A stretch of DNA of 20,000 bases, taken from the NCBI GenBank assembly GCA_010015585.1, contig ML975176.1, one strand, 5' to 3'. Source of the stretch: Eremomyces bilateralis CBS 781.70. Its lineage: Eukaryota. This document shows positions 10,107 to 19,916 of this stretch, piece after piece; within the stretch, counting starts at the first letter, position 1; each line of letters starts with the position of its first letter. The notes beneath the pieces are model-generated. The model was given only the letters and a program-made list of their open reading frames with translations, was not told the DNA's origin and made no database searches. The translations under genes were made by a program, and so were the position numbers.

Positions 10107-12414
10107 TTAAGCAATCTCCTTGTAGAGATGATGTAAACTCCACTTTGATCTCGTACGCACCTCTTCTAACCGTGTTACCGCAAGGAGAGCTGGTATTCTC
10201 TTCGCCTCAGATACTGTACGGATATAATCGATAATAGCTTTTCTACGACTATACCACGTCTTCTCTGAATCTTTCTGTCGCCATAAGGCACCATAACTTA
10301 ACTCTAACGCTTGTACGGAAGGATTAGGTGCAAATCCTTCAAACCACTCTCGCCAGAGTTGATCAACGGTTTCTACCGTACGAGACATAGTATAGATTGG
10401 CTCTCCATTCTCTTTAATCGGCCGATCAGGTAGCGGTGGTACAGTCGAAGGGCTGGCGGCCAATAGCGGTAGAGCTGAAGAGGTGGTAGGAGTAGAGCGT
10501 GCGATAGAAACCGGAGTTTCTATTACCGGCGTTGAAGGTATTCCCGTGCCGGGAGCGGCCGTCCGAACCGCTGGCAATGGATCCTGGAGTAAGGATAAGT
10601 GTCCTACATTAAGGTAAAGAGGTGTTCTGCCACTGAATACATCATCTAGAACCGTACGCTGGCGGCACTGTTCCGTACGAAGAGAGTCGAACATCTCTTG
10701 TAATCTTTGTCCAATATTGGTCTCCATCACACTCAACCGATCTGCAATTATCGGAACAGCTTATCGTACGAGTACATCTTGCGGTTGAACTACTTCAGCA
10801 GCAAGAGTTTGCCTCATCCTCCGCATAAAGTCAAGGTACTCCGGATCAGAGAAGATCGGATGCTGGAAGAGAGGGTGGTGTGGAAACTCATCGCGGATTA
10901 GTACGAAGTCCTGAAGAAGCACCGTACGAAGATAATCAAGTAGCCGGAGGAAGGCCTTTCCAGCAAGGTCATTCCGATCTCCCTCACCCTGTTCTTCTAA
11001 CTGGTGATCCTCACGCACGGTGCTCTCATTCTGTTGGAACCGCTCGATCCACTCGTCCACCCATGGCCAGATCTTCCGTACGAGAGTCTCAGGAGGCAGG
11101 ACCTGTGCTCGCGGAATGAAGTAGTCTCCTCGGCCGCTGGGAGAGAAGCCAGCGGCTGCTCGTACGAACTTTCGGGGAATGTGGCTGAGGTATGCATTCG
11201 ACATGGAATCCGAATTCCATCGTCCAGCTCTCTGAATCTGAGATTCGCTGACCCCAAGTATCTCCGCATGCTGAGCACCTTGCTTTCGTCCGGCATGTGT
11301 CTTCTTGTATGAAGAGATCTCATAGCGGTCAAAGATCTCATTGACCTACTGCAGCTGAGTAGCGTACGAGAGAGGATGGGTATTCTGGCCACCTTTCAAA
11401 ATCTTCGTCCGATACTAATCTGAGCGCTGCTTGAAGGTCGGCGGCGGTTCTTTCTCAAGGTCCCAGCGGAAGAAGAGGTAGAACGCCAGTTGAGAGACTA
11501 AACATTTCCAATGCTCCTTGTGCCGTACGGTAACACCATACTCTAGCTTCCCAAAGGCGTTTGTCTTCCCGTTGTCTATAATCATACAGAGAACACGGCA
11601 ATCTGTTGCTCCTTCATTCTGCAGCGGGACGGCGAAGAGATCAGGCAGTTCTCCGTTTCGTACAGTCTCCCCACGCAGAAGCATGTTATGCGAGAAGAGG
11701 AGATCGACTGCCGTACGAAGCCATCCGCTGTAGACCTGCGACGTCGGTCTCTCTCGCTTTCTTTCCTTGCCTGCCCGGACAGACGTTTCAGACGCCTCGG
11801 GCTGCCAGCAGCCTCGTATACATCGTACGAACTCTTCTTCTGAATAGCCGTCGAGCAGTGTGCCAGTACCGCGATCAACGTACTCTTCTCGCTTGCGGGC
11901 CACCTCGGCCATCTTACGCTTTTGCAGCAGCTGCTTCAACGCATACGACCGGGCGGGGACATTTTGGTTCTGAAGAAGGCTGTACTGCACTTTCCACAGC
12001 TCCATAATTGCAGAGACGTACGTTTCAATCGATCGAGCTCCGAGCGTTTGTACGATCGGATTGCCATCTGCGCCCGTACGAGGCTGCTTCAGCCTCCGGC
12101 CTGGCTGGGTCGGCTTTGCTATACGACCGATAACCTCTTCTTCTAGAAAGAGGATAATCTTTGGACTGGTAACGAGGATACCGTCGCTGCACTGGTTCTT
12201 CTGGCACCACGCCTAACCGAATTAGCCTCCTCCTTCGTTAGATTCCCCGTACGAAAGCGCTTCTCACAATAAACTCTTGCTGTCGTGGCTCATATATTCT
12301 CCTTGTATTCGTTACTCGGCCATCTGGTGTTGCAAGGGCTCGTTGTGTCGCTGCATTTAAACGGTTATTCAGCTCGATCGTATGCTCTATAGAGAGCTGC
12401 GAGCTAGGAGGCAT
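10107..12414 (-). pseudogene. Crypton tyrosine recombinase (NDC10-II-like YR domain + C-terminal GCR1_C DNA-binding domain); exons 12414-12268 and 12212-10107; 750 aa; three in-frame RIP stops
   Basis: Intron 12267-12213 (GTGAG..GCTAAT..TAG) gives NTRRIYEPRQQEFI|AWCQKNQCSDGILVTSPKIILFLEEEV. YR catalytic motifs are LLRGE (R), NGKTN (K), THAGR (HxxR), GRW (W) and MSNAYL (Y). The GCR1_C motif is YTMSRTVETVDQLWREWFEG...WRQKDSEKTWYSRRKAII. Stops at 11415-11417 (D*Y), 11346-11348 (Q*V) and 10761-10763 (R*AVP) are all in frame, with no frameshift. Confidence 0.9.
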
Positions 12415-12962
12415 TTCTTCACGGTCTGATGGCAGTACTTAGTAGGAACAACTCGAGTAAATTATCTCTATATTATTATCGAGACAGGCTCGTTCTATCG
12501 AGAGAGGAGGGGAGGGGAGGGGAGAGGGGAAAATGCCTGAGCTAAGCACCACCAAGTCACAGCTATACCGTATAGAGCGATAGTTTCCACGGACGCTTTA
12601 CTGAAAAAGGCTTAACGCTGCGCGATTTCTTCGCCAGTAACCCAGCCACCACGAAGACTTTCAGATAAGTGCATATCAACTAGGTGGCTCGGTGGTTGGT
12701 TGCGCAAAGGCTGGGTTATCATGCGCCTTGGCACGCCATAACCCGTGGCGCTGACCCTTGATAACGGTTGGTTAACGGTTTAGTAGGCAAAACGTCGGCT
12801 AAGATTCGGCTTAGCTTCGGGGGTTCCTATTAATCCGGCTCCTACCATAACTCTACGATGCTCTCCTAGACCTAATCATACGGGTAGACACGTTATAAAT
12901 GAGATGAGCTTCTTATATAAGACTCAGATGACCTATAACCACTCTTAAACTCGATATTTGAG

Positions 12963-13914
12963 ATGGATAACACTGCTGCTGGCATAGACCCGGCGCTGTC
13001 CGGCTCCCATGTTGGAGCGGAAGATGATGAACTAGGTCGTCCAGTATGCTCCGCACACTGCCTTTCTTATATAAATTATATAGGAAGTCCAGTCTCTGAC
13101 GCATTAAGTAACCCGAGGATTTCCAATCCTACCTCCGTAACCCGAAGAAACGGGTACGAGCGAAGCGCCATCACCACGCCGAAGCCGTCAGTGAGGACAA
13201 TGCTCGCGTTGCGAAGCTGTCCAGATCAACGAGGTGGAACCATTTCTTTTTCCACAGCTGTTTTGAGGAAAACAAGTTGATCCAGAATGTGTACGGATCT
13301 GTGACGGCGGATGACGTCGAGTGGCGAGAAGCGCATGACTTTATTCATGCCTGGTCCAAAGGCTTCAAGTTTGAGACTATCAGGAACATGAAGGCTAGCT
13401 ATACGTCTTACTAAGTTGTTCTTTTGCTAATTTCGCGTAGAGTTACGTTAAACGGCTCATCGAAGAGGATACAGTGGCTGCATCAATTGCAGTAGATAAA
13501 TTTACCAAATTTATCGAGTCGGAGTCGGTTTTTTCGTCCGTTAACTTCTTTAACGTTTTCGGCTACATGCATGAATACCTAGATTACGACGGGTCTTCCA
13601 CTTCTGGGAAGTGGTACTGCAGGAGCAAGTTTCCCCTATTCCCCCTAGTTCTCTAGTTCTCCGCCTATTTCGCATATTTCTCCTATTTCTCCTATTTCTC
13701 TTGCTTTTCCTACTAGTTCTCTTAGTTATCCTAGCTTTGAAGCTCGCTAACTGTAATAGGCGTGTTTGCGAATCTTGCGGGTGAGGTGCGCCGGTGGATT
13801 GAGGATGGCAAAGATGAGAATGCCAGGCAGCGGCTGCTGCAATTTTACGACGAGATGGTTGCTTATGAAGCATATACGCCATATAAGCGTAAAGACCTCT
13901 TTAAAGAGGCATTT
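12963..13914 (+). pseudogene. Multi-exon orphan gene, divergent from the Crypton; exons 12963-13043, 13109-13393, 13441-13624, 13760->gap; one in-frame stop
   Basis: Introns 13044-13108 (GTATGC..CTGAC..AAG), 13394-13440 (GCTAGC..GCTAAT..TAG) and 13625-13759 (GCAAGT..GCTAAC..TAG) give one frame: MDNTAAG...GRP*PEDFQSYLRNPKKRVRAKR...WNHFFFHSCFEENKLIQNVYG...WREAHDFIHAWSKGFKFETIRNMKSYVKRL...GKWYCRSVFANLAGEVRRW... TAA 13109-13111 fits CAA>TAA. Family not recognised. Confidence 0.6.
13631..13735 (+). repeat. Degenerate 9-bp minisatellite (CCTATTTCT/CCTAGTTCT) inside intron 3 of the orphan gene
   Basis: cctattccc cctagttct ctagttct..cctatttcg catatttct cctatttct cctatttct.. Confidence 0.6.
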
Positions 13915-14474
13915 NNNNNNNNNNNNNNNNNNNNNNNNNNNNNNNNNNNNNNNNNNNNNNNNNNNNNNNNNNNNNNNNNNNNNNNNNNNNNNNNNNNNNN
14001 NNNNNNNNNNNNNNNNNNNNNNNNNNNNNNNNNNNNNNNNNNNNNNNNNNNNNNNNNNNNNNNNNNNNNNNNNNNNNNNNNNNNNNNNNNNNNNNNNNNN
14101 NNNNNNNNNNNNNNNNNNNNNNNNNNNNNNNNNNNNNNNNNNNNNNNNNNNNNNNNNNNNNNNNNNNNNNNNNNNNNNNNNNNNNNNNNNNNNNNNNNNN
14201 NNNNNNNNNNNNNNNNNNNNNNNNNNNNNNNNNNNNNNNNNNNNNNNNNNNNNNNNNNNNNNNNNNNNNNNNNNNNNNNNNNNNNNNNNNNNNNNNNNNN
14301 NNNNNNNNNNNNNNNNNNNNNNNNNNNNNNNNNNNNNNNNNNNNNNNNNNNNNNNNNNNNNNNNNNNNNNNNNNNNNNNNNNNNNNNNNNNNNNNNNNNN
14401 NNNNNNNNNNNNNNNNNNNNNNNNNNNNNNNNNNNNNNNNNNNNNNNNNNNNNNNNNNNNNNNNNNNNNNNNNN
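13915..14474. other. Assembly gap (N run)
   Basis: Run of 560 N. Confidence 0.99.
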
Positions 14475-14688
14475 TCTATTGTGTAAATTTCGCGAAGTCC
14501 ACGCGTTTGTGCGTATCGCACCTTCCATCGCCACTCACACTTTCCGTTCTTACCTAGGCACCGTACAATATCGAAATTCAACGTCAATCACCTCACCCCA
14601 TCAGATCTAATGGTCGCTTAATACCTCTACTCTTTACTATATATATCGGATTTTCCTCTATTCCAGCCTCTTATCGATTACGGCCATT

Positions 14689-16601
14689 ATGGTGAAATCA
14701 TACCGACAATCCGGGCGAATCACTGCTATTCGCCGTCACATAGAAGCTTAGTACGAGGCTATAACGCGGGCGTAGCAAGAGGCTCAGTAGCTCGCAGGAC
14801 AACTCGTGGAGGAAGTTGACGATGATACTAAACTATTAGATACTATTAGTAGTATAGAGCCATCGTCTAAGCGTCCAATGCTTAATGATAGCGACGAGGA
14901 TGATATAGGAATGTTATTCGAAGTAGGTCCTATTACTTTTTACCTATTTTATGTTAATAGAGTACAAACTCCTTATAGGATGCTACTGAAGAAGACCTTA
15001 GGTTTGATAGCTTCGAAGCCATACTCGGGGGTACGCAGGCCATGCTAGCAAGCGAGCTTAATAAGACGATGCCTACCCTGGATAACCGTCGTGAACTTGC
15101 TGAATACCAGTTCCCGGCAGAGGATATCGAGGATTTAACGCCTGTTGCTAACGATATCGAATCCGATGAAGAGACCGCTACTATTAGTAGTCAGACGGTG
15201 GCTAACACGGAGACAAGTCAAGTTACCCAAGAAGCTCCTCACCCCTTCGCCGCCAACTCCAAGTATTTCATTCCTTCAGATACCTCTCTACCTCTACTAC
15301 GCAGGATTGCCACCCAGCCAATGACTAACTTCGCCCTTGCAATGGGCACATGGGTACAGTAGTACGGTGTCCCTCGGTCCCAGTATAAGGCGCTCGTTAA
15401 GGTTCTGAACCTTACTAGCAATAAAGAGATTAGTAAGCTCCCTAAAAGGGTTGATACTATAAAGAAACAAGTGAACGAATAACTGCCCCTCCTCGAAATC
15501 CGCTCTAAACCAATTACCCTTAATGCTAACAAGCTCCCGAGTGGCCGCCGTGGGGAGGCTGAGGCCGGTTTACGAACGCAAGCAGAGAACCTCTACTTCT
15601 TTAACCCGTTCGAGCTCTTTAGGACAATCTTGTACACCGAGCTACGCTTAAATATGTTCTTTGGGATGGCTAGGTTCGTCGACTCGCCTAAAGAGCTCTG
15701 GGAATCTATTGCCTGGGCGTCGTCAATCCGTTGCTCTTCTGGTCAGTACGCCTACTATCCAAATACGACCGAGCCAGTTTTTCCTTCGGATCTCGTCCGT
15801 TTCAAATGCAACGATACACAGTGTCTCTGTCAGACGATGACGCAAAAGCCGCATCTTGGCCAAATCGTGGCTTTTAGAAGGGATTTCCGCATATATCGCG
15901 AGCATAGTAGCCCAGAGGGTTCGATTATCCTTAAGGTCCAGCGGTTTCAGCTAATAAACTAGTTCCTCTCTCGCCTAACGTACCAAAATCTTACTCTCGA
16001 CCCGCCTCCTTACTCCCGCGAATTCATTATACTAGATGATACTATCGACGTTGTACCCGAAGAATTGATTGAGCGCCTAACAGACATTACTGTCTATTTT
16101 GACTATGCCTTCAGGAGCTCTGTATAACTCCCTAGCGATCGATCAACAGACAGCCTCTCTCTAAACGAGCATATTGTGCGTCGGGTCTATAACCAGAATA
16201 CAGGTATCCGGCCTATCTTTAAGACCTACCCGATCCGCGGCGAACTTGAGCTTAAGGTCTATGGGCGAGAATATTTCGTTAGCAATTTCGCAAAGCGGAA
16301 TAGGCCTAGGGGGACGGATATCTTGTCTATACCTATCCTTGGGTATCTTGATGGCTTCGGGCTCTTCCGTAACATGCGCCGTACTATTATAGGCTTCTAT
16401 CTTCTCCTGGCCTGCCTTGTCCAAGCCGAGCGGAATATTCCGGCCAATGTATTTCCACTGACTTTGGGCCCTCATAGTAGAAGCTTTAACGACGTCGTCG
16501 ATGCCCTAGAGTTGATGCAAAGACTAGATAGGGGCGTTGATATGGATATCAACGGTAAGACGTGCTTCGTATACATTCCCTTCCTAGCGTTCATCGGTGA
16601 T
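14689..16601 (+). pseudogene. CACTA/EnSpm (CMC)-superfamily, Plavaka-like DDE transposase; RIP-mutated and truncated by the Mutator insertion; intron 14923-14978
   Basis: One frame through TAG/TAA stops: ...FALAMGTWVQ*YGVPRSQYKAL...LYFFNPFELF...ELWESIAWASSIRCSSGQYAYY...VFPSDLV...PIRGELELKVYGR...YLDGFGLFRNMRRTIIGFY...ER..ANVFPLTLGPH...LDRGV...FLAFIGD. The DGF...N....GP...L..G...GD layout is that of Tnp2/Plavaka transposase cores. Coding sequence stops abruptly after the second Asp. Confidence 0.65.
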
Positions 16602-16607
16602 GGCTGG

Positions 16608-16662
16608 TGAGATTTTCCCACCAGGTTTTGAGATTTTCCCACCATTTGAGATTTTCCCACCA
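16608..16662 (+). repeat. Three perfect 16-bp repeats TGAGATTTTCCCACCA (MULE terminal/subterminal repeats)
   Basis: Copies at 16608-16623, 16629-16644 and 16647-16662. Confidence 0.9.
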
Positions 16663-17167
16663 GCTCTTTGTTTAGTGGAAATTAATCGCTCAACTGAGCC
16701 TAGTGCGTATTTCCATATATCTTCTTCTGTAGACAACTTTAATGTTCAATCTGGTCTTTCTCTCACAATCTCCGCATGGAGGTGTTTCTTGCCAGAGATC
16801 AGGTTTTCGGGATATCTTTGTTTTTCGGCGTTTTCCGGTTTCCTACCCATGACCCCCATTTCTTGCTCGTATTTAGGTGGTATAGACCCCGTGTTCCCAA
16901 CCATGACAGCGCATCACGCATCCCGCGATATTACCAACCCCTCATTCTTTGCTTTTTCGCTCGGTTTGAGGAAATCAAGGTCTCCGTGGCCATCAATTGT
17001 ATACAGAACTTAAATATGAGCGTATTCCCAAAGCTTTTATGCTTATTAGGAACAAGATCAATCAATGTCTCAATTCTTGGTCAAACACAGAGCTCTCCTG
17101 CTGTGACGTGTCTTATAGACCACAGGAACCGCTGTTTTCTCACATTCCTTCTCTTACAGATTTCAGC

Positions 17168-19625
17168 ATGGAGGATATCGCTCCCCCCCAAGATTGCCTT
17201 TACGCATCCTATAAAGAAGCCTATAATGCTCTCAAGGGCCATAGAATGTAGCATAGCTACGGCTTCCTACTTAACCGGAGTAGACCTCACAATTCTAATG
17301 TTAAGACACGATATTACTACTACTGTGATCGATCCGGAAACTATTAGTCAAGAGCAAAGAATCTGAGTACAAGCATACGCTTAATAGGGTGTCCTTTTAG
17401 GCTTAGTATATTTAAGAACAAAAGCGACGACCAGTAGAAGCTGGAGGTTCTATACAAGCATTACAACCATCCCCGGTCACTTAACCCTAGTACGCATAAT
17501 GTCTATCGCGAGCGTATATTAGCATAGAAAGACATAATTAAATCAATGACGCATGCCGGGGTACGGCCGATGCAGATAATGGCTGCTATTCAAAAGGAGG
17601 ATCCAGACACCCTAGTATCTGCTACCGATATTCGCGGCGAGAGGAAGGCAATTAGAGAGAAGCACTTAAATGGGAGGAGTCCGATTGAGACATTATTAGA
17701 TGACCTGTCTACGCCGGAATGGGTCTTTACTGTTAAGAAGGATGCGGATAATCACGTACAAGGTCTCTTCTTTGCCCACCAGAAGCAGATTGAGCTACTG
17801 CTTGCAAATCCCGATATCCTGTTGAGGGACTGTACGTACCGAACCAATAAGTACAAACTCCTACTGTTGCACATACTCGGCTGTACCAATCTATAGATAT
17901 TCTTCTCTGTAGGGTTCTGCTTCCTCCGCAGCGAGAAAGAAGCAGATTACTATTGGGCAATCTCAAACTTCCTCCTTAATACAGGGACACCGCAGCCACG
18001 TGTATTCATTAGCGATCAGGAGGATGCGGTAAAACTAGCAGCTCGCACTCTGTTTCTAGATATCCCACAACTCCTGTGCATATGGCATATTAATAAGAAT
18101 ATGCAGAAAAAGGCTCAAAAGACCTAGCGAGACGCTGATGGCGTAACAAAAGAGGAGAAGCAGAGAATCGCTGAGCACCGGGCTCAATTTATGAAACGTT
18201 GGAGTCAGGTATGCTCCCCACCAATGGCCTAAGAGGCGTTACCGGAAGGCTTCCGGGAATGCCTCTTATAAGTTTTTCACAGAACTGACTGGAGCAGCTT
18301 ATCTATGCAAAGAGTCTACTTACATTTAAGCTAAAGTGGGACGAGTTACTCAAAGACTATGCCGACCAGCGAGAACTTTGCCAATACTTACGTGATAATC
18401 AATGGCATACACGTACCGAGTGGGCAGCTGCTTGGACGTCTCAGCATCGACACTATAATACAGTTACAACCTCTCCTGTTGAAGGAATGCATAGGGTTTT
18501 GAAGGACCACCTTATGCCTTCAAGAGGCGACTTGCTACGTGTTGTTAGAAGGATTGAGCAGATGGTCAAGAGTCAATACAACAAGTACAGGAAACAGATT
18601 ACTTCTTCTAAACACAGCATTAAATTTGAGCACAGACTGGAGTCAATGCCATTCCTACCTCCTAGTATTTATGACATCCTTACGCCAGCGGCAATTGAAC
18701 GCATTAGACAACAGGATCTGATGCGCCAGAAGGAGCAGAGACAACGTCGTAGGAGGCGTCCTTGTTCTGGCCTCTATGAGAAGATAAACGGTCTTCCATG
18801 TCATCATACGCTACGAGATGTGATAAATTCTGGATCGACGTTACGACCAAATCACCTTTACGACGATTATTGGCGCTATTAACGTGAGCAAGGACGGTCT
18901 ATAAGCCTCTCTCCAAGGCCATATTAATCTATCCTAGAGCCGCTTCCGGCTTAAACAAGAGGTACGCCGAGGAAGAACGAGGCATTAACTCGTCGAGATC
19001 TATCAGCTTTTGAACGACGTGTACCGCCTTCTCTACTACAACCTTAAGGTCAATTACTTACTGAGGTCTTACGGTATACAAACACCTCTGTCGCTGTGTC
19101 AATTCCTACATCTGCACTACCTACGAATGCTATAACTCGTCGAGATCCTTCGGGCTTTGAACGACGTGTGCTACCTTCTATCCCTCAATTTCAGCCTCCT
19201 CCTCAACCCTAGGGTCAAACACTTGCTGAGGTCTTGCGACACACAAACATAGCTGTTACCATATCAGTTCCTATATCTGCACCAGCTACGAATCCTATAA
19301 CTACTCCTCCACCTACTCCATCTCATTTGTCTTCACCTGTCTCTATTACTGCGTCTATTACTACGGCTTAATCCCCTCTATAGCCTGCTTAGCAACCTCC
19401 GTCGTTAGAAGAGTTCTTTACTAACATCGAGCGTCGACGACTTCAGCCTGTTCTATATAACTATAGTGACTTTAGCACAGTGATAAATCATTTAGTAGAG
19501 ATAGGGCAGGAAAACGACCCTATAGAACTAGTTGAAGCACGGGATATGGCTCTCGCGACAAGAGGGACGTTTGCTTCCTGCACTCCAACAATGGCATAGA
19601 ATTATTACTTTGGAGATATGGAAGC
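17168..19625 (+). pseudogene. MULE transposase (FAR1/WRKY-GCM1-like N-terminus, DDE core, SWIM-like finger); intron 18209-18297; many RIP stops
   Basis: N-terminal YYCDRSG...GCPF...HYNHP. Core LFFAH...LLRDCTYRTNKY...FISDQE...LCIWHINKN...TTSPVEGMHRVLK. Zinc finger CSG...GLPCHH. Stops at 17249-17251, 17894-17896 and 18880-18882, among others, are TAG/TAA in Gln/Trp-like positions. The intron GTATGC..CTGAC..CAG keeps the frame. Confidence 0.9.
18986..19297 (+). repeat. In-frame tandem duplication (147 bp + 165 bp) in the MULE C-terminus
   Basis: TAACTCGTCGAGATC...TTTGAACGACGTGT...CTGAGGTCTT...CTACGAAT starts at 18986 and again at 19133. Protein: TRRD.S.FERRV.PS...GQ.L.EVLR.TN..V twice. Confidence 0.85.
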
Positions 19626-19871
19626 TGTGAAGATTCACTATCTGCATGAGCCATTTGGGCCCTTTGGGCCCAGGTCGGATTATCTTTCATCCTTACCCCG
19701 CTTTTGAGGTATATAATGCCCCGCACGAATCCTACCAACTCTCAACGGTAGCGATTCGCGCTGTTACACATTACACGATTACATACAATACAAATACGTT
19801 GATACAGACTTCTTGATCTATTCAGTTGCCTACAGCAATCCAATATCACCCAGGACTACCAATCCTTGACA
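19626..19871 (+). mobile_element. 5' LTR (246 bp) of a Gypsy/chromovirus-like retrotransposon inserted in the MULE
   Basis: TGTGAAG...CTTGACA ends (reverse complement TGTCAAG) and TATATAA at 19710-19716. The 9-mer CGAATCGCT 2 nt after the LTR is complementary to the LTR's AGCGATTCG. An ORF starts 45 nt after the LTR. Confidence 0.7.
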
Positions 19872-19916
19872 CTCGAATCGCTCTTCTTGGCTGTACAACG
19901 CTGAGCAGAGTAGAGA

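Larger units (their letters stand above)
9607..12580 (-). mobile_element. Crypton (CryptonF-type) tyrosine-recombinase DNA transposon; ends approximate
   Basis: Contains the YR + GCR1_C gene. No long TIR or LTR is visible, as expected for Cryptons. The extent is estimated from the span of CGTACG enrichment plus the upstream region. Confidence 0.75.
16602..19625 (+). mobile_element. Mutator/MULE DNA transposon; left end at ~16602, right part displaced by the LTR element
   Basis: Abrupt junction after GGTGAT into GGCTGG plus tandem subterminal repeats. It encodes a MULE transposase. The reverse complement of the left end was not found in the window. Confidence 0.8.

Noticed and set aside
10107..12005. 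Three separate genes (ORFs 11415-12005, 10761-11204, 10107-10736) or a GCR1-like host transcription factor
   Set aside because: All three are in one frame, separated only by point stops, and together form the YR + GCR1_C Crypton architecture.
9607..12253. RIP or amino-acid composition as the sole cause of CGTACG enrichment
   Set aside because: The MULE and CACTA-like pseudogenes carry more RIP stops yet have no copy that I could find. The motif also occurs in all codon phases and in non-coding parts.
13762..14610. Four long ORFs (223-282 aa) in the ORF track
   Set aside because: Artefacts of translating through the N gap.
16608..16662. Perfect direct repeats resembling a mini-CRISPR
   Set aside because: Spacers are only 5 and 2 nt, the context is eukaryotic with no cas genes, and the position matches a MULE terminus.
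16597..17366. 138-aa and 196-aa + strand ORFs in the MULE leader
   Set aside because: They overlap the terminal repeats and the transposase start in other frames, with no recognisable domain.
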